The position numbers and the translations under genes are program-made. From a virus (taxonomy: Duplodnaviria; Caudoviricetes): a stretch of 64,000 nucleotides of DNA. Positions 1-9,957 of the stretch are shown piece after piece. Each line of letters starts with the position of its first letter. Positions within the stretch are counted from its first letter, which is position 1. Under the pieces are notes generated by a model that worked only from the letters and a program-made list of their open reading frames with translations, was not told the DNA's origin and ran no database searches. Where the stretch lies: IMG/VR virus record IMGVR_UViG_3300028392_002123; one strand, written 5' to 3'.

Positions 1-591
1 TCTACGTGTACCCCATAGGTGTCCGGCACTATTAGTAAATCCTGATAGTATCATACCTAGACTAGATCCCAGTGCTAAAAATAACGGAATGTGCCAATCT
101 ATTAAAGCTGGCAAAATCATTCCTATATACCATATTTTAATACTATGGATTTCTAAAAATTTATAATAAGGAACCATCCATAACTTTTTTGCCAAAGACA
201 CTGACATATTAGGAGTTTCTTTTTCTAATTGCCAACCCATGAAGGCATGCCAAAATCCATTTTGTACTGGACTATGCGGATCTCTAGGCTTGTCAGCATG
301 GCCATGATGAGTTAAATGATATATGCGCCAAGCAATAGGAGTTCCAAATGCACCTAACATGGGCAATACTGCTCCTACCTTCGCCACGGTAGGTCTACAT
401 TTAAATGCTTCGTGTGCAAAATATCTATGTAAGAAAATACCTTCACCTACCACATAATAAAAGAACCAAGAAAATGCTGTAAAGTAGAGCCAATAAAAAT
501 TTGTTTCCGTACATAAAACAACTATAGCTATGGCCGCTAGCACATACTGAACAACAATAGTTTTAAGTGTATAATTTCTAAATGTATTCAT
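1..591 (-). CDS. Membrane fatty acid desaturase (partial, runs off window start)
   Basis: Not in ORF track. Manual translation from ATG 591 gives MNTFRNYTLK...LHRYFAH...HLTHH..HAD..RDPHSP...GHLWG, i.e. desaturase His boxes and TM segments. Confidence 0.85.
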   Translation of the reverse strand, partial: MNTFRNYTLKTIVVQYVLAAIAIVVLCTETNFYWLYFTAFSWFFYYVVGEGIFLHRYFAHEAFKCRPTVAKVGAVLPMLGAFGTPIAWRIYHLTHHGHADKPRDPHSPVQNGFWHAFMGWQLEKETPNMSVSLAKKLWMVPYYKFLEIHSIKIWYIGMILPALIDWHIPLFLALGSSLGMILSGFTNSAGHLWGTRR

Positions 592-1342
592 TATTTTTGT
601 TTTCAAATAGTTTTGTATATATCAAATATACATAGTCTTTATTAAATTTAGAATCGCTGCCATAATTTAAATCATAGGGCCTATCATGATGATTTTTATG
701 CAGGCCTTCACCTGCTCCACCCATTAGTAGACTCATCCAAACAGAAATATTAACTGGGCCTGAGCCATTTTTTCCACCATGCGACCAATAGTTAAAAGAT
801 GTAACTGCTATCAAGTATCTAAGATTTAATAAAGAAAAACTTAGAAAAAACAAATCAGTGTCTATTAGATAAAATACTGCTAAATTTGCAAACCATAGAA
901 GATAAAAATGTTTTTGTACAAACATAACATCTTTATTTTTAAACACATCACTGAGTGGTACTCTAATATTCTCAGGTACATTAAAGTTACCAATTAAACA
1001 ATTCCAAAATCCCAATTTGGGATTATGCGGATCTTGGTCTGAATCAGGATGTTTATGATGCAGTCTATGTCCCGCTACATATTCTACAGGTTTAACTAAT
1101 GCGGTGCAGACTACGCACCACAGCATGAATATACCAACAGGTCTGCTGGGACTGACTAATTTATGTGCCAGCCAACGATGATAAGCAAAGTTGGCAATTT
1201 TAGTTATAATATCAAATACTAAAAATACAACAACGGCCTTTAGTACGGTTCCACCATTGTCGAAATATACAAAAAGGCCGATGAAGGACAACAAACATAA
1301 AATTAAAAATTTAAATATTTGTTGTTGTTTGATAGTAAACAT
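578..1342 (-). CDS. Membrane fatty acid desaturase (delta-9-like)
   Basis: His boxes HRWLAH, HRLHH, HKNHH; DPHNP motif; hydrophobic segments. Confidence 0.9.
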   Translation of the reverse strand: MFTIKQQQIFKFLILCLLSFIGLFVYFDNGGTVLKAVVVFLVFDIITKIANFAYHRWLAHKLVSPSRPVGIFMLWCVVCTALVKPVEYVAGHRLHHKHPDSDQDPHNPKLGFWNCLIGNFNVPENIRVPLSDVFKNKDVMFVQKHFYLLWFANLAVFYLIDTDLFFLSFSLLNLRYLIAVTSFNYWSHGGKNGSGPVNISVWMSLLMGGAGEGLHKNHHDRPYDLNYGSDSKFNKDYVYLIYTKLFENKNNEYI

Positions 1343-1848
1343 TAACTGAGAAGATCTTCATTCCACTCACGATGCCCTTCTCTGAAGGCCATGTTGCTTT
1401 GAGTTTCACGTACTTCAACCCTGTAGCACCATAAACGTTCTGCTTCGCCTGGGCCCCACATTTCGGGAATATATACGCCATTAACATATTTATACAACAT
1501 GTCGCTGAGACCTTCACAGCCTAGTTTAGGTAGTACGACAATCTTAGCCATTTTCTTTTCTTGTAACAGTTTGTATGTCTCCATCTCTGGATCATCTTGT
1601 GCCACAATTAAAGTGTGATCGAATTGATCTTCTAAGATCTTTTTAAGTTCTTTTAGGCCTCCATAATCAGCCGCCCAGTTACGAACGTCCAAGTTATTGG
1701 TACCGAAATAAAACTTCATTGAAAAACTGTAACCATGTATTAGATTACAGTGACTATCAGCCCGCCATTGCCTGTAGGCGCAGGGAAATGCATCGTGATA
1801 TTCTTTTGTTGATGTATACTTGTAGTATACTGGTTGAAAATTTGCCAT
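1342..1848 (-). CDS. queD: 6-carboxy-5,6,7,8-tetrahydropterin synthase / PTPS family
   Basis: HCNLIHGYSF Zn-binding motif, DYGGLK, FDH, E near C-terminus; GGAG SD. Confidence 0.85.
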   Translation of the reverse strand: MANFQPVYYKYTSTKEYHDAFPCAYRQWRADSHCNLIHGYSFSMKFYFGTNNLDVRNWAADYGGLKELKKILEDQFDHTLIVAQDDPEMETYKLLQEKKMAKIVVLPKLGCEGLSDMLYKYVNGVYIPEMWGPGEAERLWCYRVEVRETQSNMAFREGHREWNEDLLS

Positions 1849-1926
1849 TGTTATCTCCTTTAGATTAGCAATGACACGCAGAGTATTTAAAGAGGGATGA
1901 GCGTCGTAAAAGTCCTCTATCTTGCG

Positions 1927-1956
1927 ATTATATACTTATCTCTGTGTGTCTGTCAA
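1927..1956 (-). promoter_or_regulatory. sigma70-type promoter for queD
   Basis: TTGACA-18-TATAAT on minus strand. Confidence 0.7.
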
Positions 1957-1957
1957 G

Positions 1958-2797
1958 TTAAGGTCTACCGATAAGCATAAACCTTTTGTATCCTTTTAAT
2001 TGAAGTTCACCTTCATATAAAACTTCTTTCATTGGGAATTTCTTCTTCATATGATCAACTGTGTGTACACAATTAATATGTTCATCGATGTCAAATAAAT
2101 TATTACTTTGTATAACTACGATGGGATCGGATTCAAGTTCTTTGAAACGTATTTGATTGTACCAGCTATCATCCATGTGTTCTGCACTGGTGTTAATGAT
2201 CAAGTTGGGAAGGAATTTTTCTTCAAAAACTTTTTCCTTTTTAAAATCTTCCACGGGCAAGACATATCCTGTTTTTTGTAAGATAATATCGTTTAAGTCA
2301 GTGCAGACACTTTTGACCTTAAAGTCTGTGAGTTTGTCTAAATTAAAAATATTATCTGAAAAGGTACATGCAGTTCTATCCATGTCGACTATTCTAATTT
2401 TATTATAATCAAATTTAAAATAATCCACTAACTGTCCGAACCAGCCGGCCAATATCAATACGTTTGGTTTATCAAGATTAATTTTACTAAGTTCTGTTGA
2501 TAACCAAATTTTACTTTGTACTTGACCTCGGCTATATGCATCACACAATACTGCACCATCTCCTTGATATCTAAAATATTTGTGAAAGATATCAAGGTGT
2601 TTGTTTGGTGCAAATTTTCTAACAGTACCGATAAACTCTTCCGCACTTCCATCAGATTCTGATTTAATTGTTGGATTATTTGCATAGAGAAGTTTAAGCA
2701 CAAAAAGTATATAATTCCTGGCTTGGTCTTCTTGCATAAAACCAAAGTATTCTTCTAGTCCGTGTAACCAATGTAAAGATCCAGTGCCCGATTCCAT
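1958..2797 (-). CDS. Putative class I SAM-dependent methyltransferase-like protein
   Basis: VLILAGWFG glycine loop, acidic VDMD, INTSAEH. Confidence 0.5.
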   Translation of the reverse strand: MESGTGSLHWLHGLEEYFGFMQEDQARNYILFVLKLLYANNPTIKSESDGSAEEFIGTVRKFAPNKHLDIFHKYFRYQGDGAVLCDAYSRGQVQSKIWLSTELSKINLDKPNVLILAGWFGQLVDYFKFDYNKIRIVDMDRTACTFSDNIFNLDKLTDFKVKSVCTDLNDIILQKTGYVLPVEDFKKEKVFEEKFLPNLIINTSAEHMDDSWYNQIRFKELESDPIVVIQSNNLFDIDEHINCVHTVDHMKKKFPMKEVLYEGELQLKGYKRFMLIGRP

Positions 2798-3363
2798 TAT
2801 TTTCTTTCAGGGTATTTTGTCATATTTAGATTCCTGAAACAACTTTGTAGTGCCACAATCTGACTCCAGCAGTCCCAAGCGGCATGATGCAGTCTAGGAT
2901 TAGGACGTTCATGTTCGATCAAGCCATATACTGTTCTAGCGTCTCGAACTTGCCAATACTTCCAAGGAAATCCTCTGCCCAAATGTTTGCACACTTGTTC
3001 AAGAATAACAATATCAAATGCAGGACCGTTGGCCCACATGTTATCAAAACTTTTACACCATCTATGAAAGTCTAGCATTACCTGTTGAATAGGGTGTCTG
3101 TCATCATCTGTAAATGCTTCAAATTGAACTTCGGGTTTTTGTTGTCCCCACCAAGCCAAAGTGTTATCATCTATATGTGCTTCGGGCCATGTAAAACTAG
3201 CAGGGTCAATTCTACGATAAAATGTATCCATGAGGATCTTATCGCCTTCGTAACTTTCCCTGTCATCACCAAACGGGTCGAAACGAATAGCACCAATGGT
3301 AATTACCACGCTGTTAGGCGTAGTTGCCAATGTTTCGATGTCCAACATGATATCATTGGCCAT
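2797..3363 (-). CDS. DEDD 3'-5' exoribonuclease (Rv2179c-like)
   Basis: MLDIETL, WANGPAFD, RDART, HHAAWD. Confidence 0.8.
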   Translation of the reverse strand: MANDIMLDIETLATTPNSVVITIGAIRFDPFGDDRESYEGDKILMDTFYRRIDPASFTWPEAHIDDNTLAWWGQQKPEVQFEAFTDDDRHPIQQVMLDFHRWCKSFDNMWANGPAFDIVILEQVCKHLGRGFPWKYWQVRDARTVYGLIEHERPNPRLHHAAWDCWSQIVALQSCFRNLNMTKYPERK

Positions 3364-3521
3364 TGCTGTCTTTCTTTTTCAGTGACCAAGTGCCGTCTTT
3401 GTTATCAGTCCATTCTAATACATCGCCCTCTTGCCAACCTGCTTCTTCGAGCATATCTGGGGGAAATGTCAAAATACAGTCTCCGGTTGCAGGGTCTTCT
3501 TCTACATTCAATATCCACGAT

Positions 3522-4034
3522 TTATTCGTCATGTTTGATTACCTCTACTCCACTTTTTTTAAGGAATTTGATACCACTATCATCTCTATAGTCTTCACTA
3601 TAAAATACACGGCTAATACCTGACTGAAAAATAAGTTTACTGCATTCCATACAAGGAGCGTGAGTAACAAATAAATCAGCGCCAAGACCACTGTCATTAG
3701 ACTTCGCCAATTTTGCAATAGCATTTGATTCTGCATGTAATACTTCTGGTTTAGTTTTTAACCCGTAACGAACATTTCGCTGTGCTGTTTCATGCCAACC
3801 TTCAAAAGGATACTGTGTATCAAATTCGTCGGGATCTAACCAGCCTCCGGCACCTTTATCCCAGACTTTATCTTCACAGTTATTTTCCCAGCCTGCAGGC
3901 ATGCCATTGTAGCCCATGCTGATAACTCTGTCGTCTTTGACAATGACTGCGCCCACTTGTAGTCTACGAGCATGACTCATTTTAGCTACTTCGTGGGCAA
4001 TATTGTTATATAGTTTTTGGAATTTAGGCTTCAT
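3522..4034 (-). CDS. dCMP deaminase
   Basis: GYNG, HAESNAI, PCMECSK Zn motifs. Confidence 0.92.
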   Translation of the reverse strand: MKPKFQKLYNNIAHEVAKMSHARRLQVGAVIVKDDRVISMGYNGMPAGWENNCEDKVWDKGAGGWLDPDEFDTQYPFEGWHETAQRNVRYGLKTKPEVLHAESNAIAKLAKSNDSGLGADLFVTHAPCMECSKLIFQSGISRVFYSEDYRDDSGIKFLKKSGVEVIKHDE

Positions 4035-4040
4035 AGCAAG

Positions 4041-4069
4041 ATTGTACTATAAAGCCTTGACGTTGTCAA
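4041..4069 (-). promoter_or_regulatory. sigma70-type promoter, ATG 6 nt after -10 (leaderless)
   Basis: TTGACA-17-TACAAT-N6-ATG(4034). Confidence 0.65.
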
Positions 4070-4072
4070 TAC

Positions 4073-4696
4073 TTACTTAACCAAAGTAACAAGTATGCCA
4101 ACCGGTGTAGTTATAGGATCGCAGTCTACACCAAAATTTTCTTTTACCCAATGATTGGTAAAATGGTTCCATGTGCAATCATATTTGGTACTGAACTGCA
4201 ATAGCTTTTTGTTTTGTTGAATTACTTCAGTGAAGATTGTTGTATGATCTTCAAAGGCGTCATAGCGAGGATACTCGATGCTAAAGCCGCCAACTTGATG
4301 CCACCAAGCAAAGCTGTCTAAGTCCGGACGATAGATCATCATGATCCATGCATCTGGATATTGAGCCTTAATAGCATCTAAGTGATAGGCCCACTCATGA
4401 CTTTTAATAAACTGTGTGCCTTCTTTTACTGGCCATGGTGCATCTACGTTGGTTTGATCTAATTCTGCTGGATATTCCATGCCCCGACCAAAGTAAGTAC
4501 CTGTGTGTCCAGTAAATTTAATTTTATCCGGATTACGTTCTGCATCAATACTTTCCAAATGAGTATTATGCCATTCTCTTTCTTCTTTACGGTCACTGAT
4601 GTTAGCACCTGGCATAGTTTCTAACATTTGAATAATGTAACTCCAGCGACTGCCTATACCTCCGGTACAGAATATTCTTTGAGGTAATTTGCTCAT
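4073..4696 (-). CDS. Hypothetical protein, possible sulfotransferase-like P-loop fold
   Basis: N-terminal TGGIGSRWS; YRPD motif. Confidence 0.4.
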   Translation of the reverse strand: MSKLPQRIFCTGGIGSRWSYIIQMLETMPGANISDRKEEREWHNTHLESIDAERNPDKIKFTGHTGTYFGRGMEYPAELDQTNVDAPWPVKEGTQFIKSHEWAYHLDAIKAQYPDAWIMMIYRPDLDSFAWWHQVGGFSIEYPRYDAFEDHTTIFTEVIQQNKKLLQFSTKYDCTWNHFTNHWVKENFGVDCDPITTPVGILVTLVK

Positions 4697-4697
4697 T

Positions 4698-5573
4698 TTA
4701 TTTCCTAGTTAATTTTTGTTCTGCTAAAATTTGAAACTGCTCGAACTCGTCGGGTTTCATAAAAACAGTATGTTCTGTACCAGGGTAAGCACGATTAACA
4801 ACATCATCTATATATTGCTCATAACCCTTTTCTATAATAGGTACTAAGTCTACGTAGACTTTGCTGTGACGAGGTGTATGTTTTTCATACATCTTAAATA
4901 AGTCTGCTCCAATAATATGCACACCGTCGCCTCGGTTACCCGATCCCAAACTAATAATAGGGATAGGTAGTTTTTCTTGTAGGTACTCGACAACTTCGGA
5001 TGTAACAACTTCTGCCATGATACTAAAACAGCCTGCTTCATAAAAAGCCAACGCATCATCTAGCAATGACATTGCATCAACTGCGGTTTTTCCCTGAGCT
5101 TTAAAACCACTTTGTTGTGCATTACGCATTGGACAAATTCCAATATGTCCTTGCACTGGAATACCAGCACGTATAATTGCCTGTATATTTTTAGCGTGAT
5201 ACTGATTGCCTTCACACTTCATTACTTCTGCGCCGCCACGAGCAACGTACATAGCGGCATTTTCAATAGCCTGTGCTTCGCTGTAGTGATAACTCATGTA
5301 AGGCATGTCTACCATGCGTAGGCCATATTGACTGCCACGCTTGACAGCCTGCGCCATGAACATGACTTCTTCGAAGGTCACAGTTGTTGTGCTTTCGTGT
5401 CCAAATAATACCATACCGCCAGTATCACTGACACAGAGAATATCTATGCCCAAACGATCTGCAATGATAGCATTTTCGTAGTCATAAACAGCCAGTTGAG
5501 TTATCGGCTGTTTATTTTTCTTCTTAGCAAGTAATCGATCTATTGTTACTTTTTTTCTAGTTTCGGTGTTCAT
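4698..5573 (-). CDS. panB: Ketopantoate hydroxymethyltransferase
   Basis: VYD, TVTFEEVMF, DMPYMSY, KCEG, GIPVQGHIG, GFKAQGKT, GAD. Confidence 0.88.
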   Translation of the reverse strand: MNTETRKKVTIDRLLAKKKNKQPITQLAVYDYENAIIADRLGIDILCVSDTGGMVLFGHESTTTVTFEEVMFMAQAVKRGSQYGLRMVDMPYMSYHYSEAQAIENAAMYVARGGAEVMKCEGNQYHAKNIQAIIRAGIPVQGHIGICPMRNAQQSGFKAQGKTAVDAMSLLDDALAFYEAGCFSIMAEVVTSEVVEYLQEKLPIPIISLGSGNRGDGVHIIGADLFKMYEKHTPRHSKVYVDLVPIIEKGYEQYIDDVVNRAYPGTEHTVFMKPDEFEQFQILAEQKLTRK

Positions 5574-5574
5574 T

Positions 5575-6081
5575 TTAACCTTTGAGATAGTCTAGAACGT
5601 CTTCTGGTTTAGTCACGTTGATTTCGGAAAAATCATCTAACGCAAAGTATTCTATGACGCCATTATTTACAACAGCGGACCATCTTTGACTACGCACTCC
5701 TAGACCTTGATAAGTGAAGTCATAGTCTAGACGTGCATTTCTTATAAAGAAACCATCTCCGTCTGCCAAAATAATCAAATCATTGGTGTTTGTTGTTGCT
5801 AAGATTTTCTTTTCAAATTCTTTACAAACAAAAAAGTCTTGGGCATAAATTGCATAAACATGATCAACATACTCCAGCATTTCTTTAGTCATGTTAGCAT
5901 ACATGATAGCCTGTTCGGTGTCCAGTCTACTAAACGGTGCCGGTCCTCCAAAAAATACAACTCGACTATTATCTGTGATATCTTTTAATTTAAGACTGAC
6001 AGCAACACCATCCGAGTTGATCCTATATACTACACCCAAATCTAAGCTTTCGCCGATTTTGGGAAGATTGTCGATATCCAT
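5575..6081 (-). CDS. Peroxiredoxin (Prx5-like) homologue lacking the peroxidatic Cys
   Basis: VVFFGGPAPFSRLD aligns with PGAFTPTC; LADGDG, GLGVRSQRWSAVVNNG. Confidence 0.65.
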   Translation of the reverse strand: MDIDNLPKIGESLDLGVVYRINSDGVAVSLKLKDITDNSRVVFFGGPAPFSRLDTEQAIMYANMTKEMLEYVDHVYAIYAQDFFVCKEFEKKILATTNTNDLIILADGDGFFIRNARLDYDFTYQGLGVRSQRWSAVVNNGVIEYFALDDFSEINVTKPEDVLDYLKG

Positions 6082-6104
6082 ATATTATCTCCTATAGGAT
6101 ATAT

Positions 6105-6779
6105 TTAATCTTTCTTGTCGCCAAATAACTGTAGCAAGCTTAAGAAGATATTGATAAAGTCCAAGTACAATGTCAGCGCACCACACACTTCTGCAGCCGG
6201 ACTGGAGTCAGTACTGACCATCTCACGGATCTGTTGTGTGTCATAGGCAGTCAAGCCCATGAAGATCACAATGGCCAGTGCTGAGATAACCATTTGCATA
6301 ACTGAGCTACCAATAAAGATATTGATAATGCTGGCGATGATAATAGCAATTAGTCCAACAAACATGAACTTGCCTAGACTGTCCAAATCTTTCTTGGTAA
6401 AGTATCCGTAAAAACTCATTGTACCAAATAGAACACTAGCACCCATGAACGCACTAAAGATACTGCTCATTGTATACACAGCAAAGATTACAGCAAAGCT
6501 CAAGCCCATAATAGCCGCAAAACCTGCCAGCAATAGTACCGCAGTTTCTTTTGGCGGATTAGCGTTGAGTGCAATAGTAATACCGAACACGGCCGCAAGC
6601 GGTGCCAGCATCACTACCCAATGCATTGCACCTGTAAAGAAAAACTTGACAAGTTCTGGCGTAGTTCCAACAAAATAACTAACCAACATACTTACCAGTG
6701 TGGCCAGACCCATGTAGCCATAGACACGACCCATGGCTTGATTAATTTCTCCTGCGGAGCGATAAGTTACATATTCCAT
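6105..6779 (-). CDS. yccA: Bax inhibitor-1/YccA family membrane protein
   Basis: Seven TM segments; TAYDTQQI; ALTLYLDFINIFLSLL. Confidence 0.9.
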   Translation of the reverse strand: MEYVTYRSAGEINQAMGRVYGYMGLATLVSMLVSYFVGTTPELVKFFFTGAMHWVVMLAPLAAVFGITIALNANPPKETAVLLLAGFAAIMGLSFAVIFAVYTMSSIFSAFMGASVLFGTMSFYGYFTKKDLDSLGKFMFVGLIAIIIASIINIFIGSSVMQMVISALAIVIFMGLTAYDTQQIREMVSTDSSPAAEVCGALTLYLDFINIFLSLLQLFGDKKD

Positions 6780-6784
6780 TTTGA

Positions 6785-7108
6785 TTACCTTTCAAGTAGA
6801 TTTAATTTATTTTTGATGTCTTTGAATTCCTCGGCTGTGGGTAGCTCGGGTTTCTTTTTTATTATAGTTGGCCAAATTTTACTAAGCTCTGCATTGATTG
6901 CAATATAAGGATGTTGACTGATATCTATGTCAGTGTCAGCAACAATAGCATCTACTGGACACTCCGGCACACATACACCACAGTCAATACATTCGTCTGG
7001 ATCGATTACAAGAAAGTTTGGACCTTCTTTAAAACAATCCACAGGACATACAGACACACAGTCTGTATACTTACATTTAATACACGATTCAGTGACTACG
7101 TATGTCAT
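6785..7108 (-). CDS. fdxA: 7Fe-type ferredoxin
   Basis: [26 protein letters not shown]...[12 protein letters not shown]. Confidence 0.93.
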   Translation of the reverse strand: MTYVVTESCIKCKYTDCVSVCPVDCFKEGPNFLVIDPDECIDCGVCVPECPVDAIVADTDIDISQHPYIAINAELSKIWPTIIKKKPELPTAEEFKDIKNKLNLLER

Positions 7109-7268
7109 TATTAATATTACCTTCTATTTTTTCGTTATAAATTATTTGTTCTGTAATTTCAACACGGCCGCCACATCTTTGACAGATAACATCAGGTTCC
7201 ATTCGATGTTGATCAAAGGAAGAATAGCATTGTGTACAATGTAGTAGCCATTTAGAGTTTGGTTGCAT
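7089..7268 (-). CDS. Small zinc-ribbon protein
   Basis: CTQC...CQRC; start at 7268 lies 7 nt after TAAATA. Confidence 0.5.
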   Translation of the reverse strand: MQPNSKWLLHCTQCYSSFDQHRMEPDVICQRCGGRVEITEQIIYNEKIEGNINNDIRSH

Positions 7269-7278
7269 GGTCGAATAT

Positions 7279-7671
7279 TTATCGACGCATACTTGAAATT
7301 TCCTTGGCTTCGTCGTCGGTAAAAATAGGCACAGCATTTGATTTATGCATGGTACCGATACCTTTGACCTTGGTACCTGTGTACACGGGATTGGGTTTAT
7401 AAGTTGCTACACCAACTTCGCCGGTGTTGCGCGAAGGGATATGACTGGTCGATCTTCCCGCAGGTACTTCTAATTTATAAGTCAGCGGTTCAGCCGACAT
7501 AGCACGGCGACGTTTCTTATCTTCGGCATCTACACCCCATTGCTTTTGCAGGGCCTTCCAAGACTCGTCTAATTCTCTAGCTTTGCGGGCTTCGTCGGCA
7601 TTGCGGAATTTGACCTTGCCTTTTTTCTTGCCGTTATAGCTAAGTGCAGGATGATGTAAGTGCATACTCAT
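7279..7671 (-). CDS. Hypothetical phage protein
   Basis: GGAG SD, upstream TTGACA-17-TATAAT (7697-7725); GIGTMHKSNAVP. Confidence 0.7.
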   Translation of the reverse strand: MSMHLHHPALSYNGKKKGKVKFRNADEARKARELDESWKALQKQWGVDAEDKKRRRAMSAEPLTYKLEVPAGRSTSHIPSRNTGEVGVATYKPNPVYTGTKVKGIGTMHKSNAVPIFTDDEAKEISSMRR

Positions 7672-7726
7672 AGATTACTCCAGTAATTATGCTAATATTA
7701 TAATATAAATCTAATTAATTGTCAAG

Positions 7727-7972
7727 TTATTTTGATAGTTGATATATCAAAACAGCTTCGTCTAAGGCCTGTTTTAGTGTGGGATTGGTTTTGGCGGCCC
7801 TGCGAATTTGTCCCCAAAGTTGATCTTCCTTTATCTGTTCATGAAGATCAAAGGCTCTGGGACTTTGGCTGTGAAGTTGGCGTTGATTACTACCGGCTTC
7901 CCTGACATAGATAGTTTCGCCGCCATCTGGACTTTCGTAGATCACTGCTTCGGTAATTTTACTAACCATCAT
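7727..7972 (-). CDS. Hypothetical phage protein
   Basis: Coupled to erpA stop; [10 protein letters not shown]. Confidence 0.65.
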   Translation of the reverse strand: MMVSKITEAVIYESPDGGETIYVREAGSNQRQLHSQSPRAFDLHEQIKEDQLWGQIRRAAKTNPTLKQALDEAVLIYQLSK

Positions 7973-8289
7973 ACACTGAATGAACTACCGCAACCGCAAC
8001 TAGTCTGAGCATTGGGATTTTTGATTACAAAATTTGCACCGGCAAAATCTACTACAAAATCAATTTCGGCACCGGTTAAATATTGCATACTCATCGAATC
8101 TACTAAAAATTTTACTCCCTCTTGTTCGATGACAAAATCGTCATCTTCTTGACTAGTTTCAAAAGTAAACCCATAACTCATTCCACTACAGCCTCCGCCT
8201 TGAACAAATATTCTCAGGCCTGTGTTAGGTTCTTCTTCTTCAAGTAAATATTTTACTTGTTTTGCAGTTGCATCGGTAATTGTAATCAT
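7969..8289 (-). CDS. erpA: A-type Fe-S cluster carrier (HesB/IscA/ErpA)
   Basis: [30 protein letters not shown]. Confidence 0.9.
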   Translation of the reverse strand: MITITDATAKQVKYLLEEEEPNTGLRIFVQGGGCSGMSYGFTFETSQEDDDFVIEQEGVKFLVDSMSMQYLTGAEIDFVVDFAGANFVIKNPNAQTSCGCGSSFSV

Positions 8290-8291
8290 TG

Positions 8292-8846
8292 TTAATTCCT
8301 TTTAAACAACGAGAGGTAATTGGAAAAATCATTTCCCTGAAACCTTATACTAGCACATATCCTATGGCTATTTCCATTAATGGTAACATTATGTGGTACT
8401 GTTGTTTTTACTAAACAAGGTCCGTCGGACCATGCATAGCTTTCTATTAAATCACAGTCTTTTAAATCAAATCCCACGTATGAGTTTGTTCCTGTACGTG
8501 CCGGCCCGTCCCAACTAGGTAAAGATTTTTCTTTATACCAATTCATTGTCCATGGACTATCACAGCGTATCCAATTTATTGCGGCACGGTCGCCTAAATC
8601 ATATGAACCATCAACATGTATAGTCATATAATAAGGTGCAGGAGGGATAACAAAAATTTGTACCTCTCTCAATTTGAGGCCCATGCCTTTATATGATTTA
8701 ACTAATTCTGGTCTAAGAATAGTTTCGTCTTTGTAATATAGTAATTGTCCGTCAGTCTTGAGTGTTAGTTCGGGTGTTAGATCTGGGATAAAAGGCCACG
8801 CTTGCCATTCGGGTATGGAAATTTTATAATGAAGATCATCGCTCAT
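8292..8846 (-). CDS. 2OG-Fe(II) oxygenase/cupin-like protein
   Basis: HVD...PHNV...RICASIRF. Confidence 0.65.
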   Translation of the reverse strand: MSDDLHYKISIPEWQAWPFIPDLTPELTLKTDGQLLYYKDETILRPELVKSYKGMGLKLREVQIFVIPPAPYYMTIHVDGSYDLGDRAAINWIRCDSPWTMNWYKEKSLPSWDGPARTGTNSYVGFDLKDCDLIESYAWSDGPCLVKTTVPHNVTINGNSHRICASIRFQGNDFSNYLSLFKRN

Positions 8847-8847
8847 A

Positions 8848-9357
8848 TTACAAATTGTTATCCATGATAAACTCTTTGACTATGTCAAAGGTATATGGAG
8901 GATTGAAACCCAGAGTAAAAACAACACGCGGTTCATTGAAGTTCAAAACTGCATGTTCAGTTTTTGTGTCAATTAGATAATAATGTCGTGGTTTATATTT
9001 TAACTCTTTGATATGATGCAGGTCTTCGCCTGTTTCATATGGTCGTCCCCAAAACGAATGACTGTCCCAGCCTGTCATTAACATATTAATAGCACAGGTT
9101 CTCACAGTATCTTTGTGAAATTTATAGTGCAGATTAGATCCCATTTTAAGAAAAACAGGCGACGTGGATTTTATATCAAATTCGTTATACAGCGCCGCCA
9201 TGACTGGATCACTGCGTATCAACATTTCTGGTAATACCAGTATGTCGAAACTGTATTGATTAAACCATTTAGCATCAGGCATGTCAATACACCCTGCAAT
9301 TTGATCATATATACTGCACGGAGTCTTAAGTTCGTAAAAGCATTCGTTTATTATCAT
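8848..9357 (-). CDS. 2OG-Fe(II) oxygenase/cupin-like protein
   Basis: HKD...EHAV...RVVFTLGF; TAAATA-N5-ATG. Confidence 0.65.
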   Translation of the reverse strand: MIINECFYELKTPCSIYDQIAGCIDMPDAKWFNQYSFDILVLPEMLIRSDPVMAALYNEFDIKSTSPVFLKMGSNLHYKFHKDTVRTCAINMLMTGWDSHSFWGRPYETGEDLHHIKELKYKPRHYYLIDTKTEHAVLNFNEPRVVFTLGFNPPYTFDIVKEFIMDNNL

Positions 9358-9369
9358 TATAATATTTAC

Positions 9370-9951
9370 CTAGTAAGCATCTTGGTAATCTTCTAGTACA
9401 TACCAGCCTAATTTTTTAAGGTCTGCTCGGATCTCATCCGTGACCACCATTTCCGAAACAAATGCCTGTGCTTCTTTATATCTAACTTGCTGTTCTTCTG
9501 TTAGTGCATTAAATTCTTCAGGAGACAATTCGTCATTATTTTTTATACCACTACAGTACCAATCAATGTAGTCGCCCTTTTCCTGCATGTCAGCAATGAT
9601 GCCACCGGCATAGCGCCAGCTGGCACTCCAAGTCTGGCCAGCCAATCTGGGTATGAATTCATTTTTTTGAAAAGTATTATTGCAAATGGCCGCGTAAAGG
9701 TTTTGTGCATAGACGTCGTTGTCGCGAACTTTTTCCAATATCCACGGAGTACTGCGTAGATCATACTCCATGTTATTTTCTTGCCAAGCGGGATCGGCTT
9801 CCCGTTGTTGTTTATCAATATCCCAACTATCGTAATATTCGGCCATGGCCTTGGTGTCCTCGTCATTTTCCGGAGTCCGGCCATCTTCGGCTCGTCGTTT
9901 TAGGAAGTTTTCTTTTTGAAAAGTATTTCTTTGTGGACTGTTTGACAGCAT
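9370..9951 (-). CDS. Hypothetical phage protein
   Basis: Long ORF in gene-dense minus-strand block; YAQNLYAAICN, YIDWYCSG. Confidence 0.7.
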   Translation of the reverse strand: MLSNSPQRNTFQKENFLKRRAEDGRTPENDEDTKAMAEYYDSWDIDKQQREADPAWQENNMEYDLRSTPWILEKVRDNDVYAQNLYAAICNNTFQKNEFIPRLAGQTWSASWRYAGGIIADMQEKGDYIDWYCSGIKNNDELSPEEFNALTEEQQVRYKEAQAFVSEMVVTDEIRADLKKLGWYVLEDYQDAY

Positions 9952-9957
9952 ATTAGT

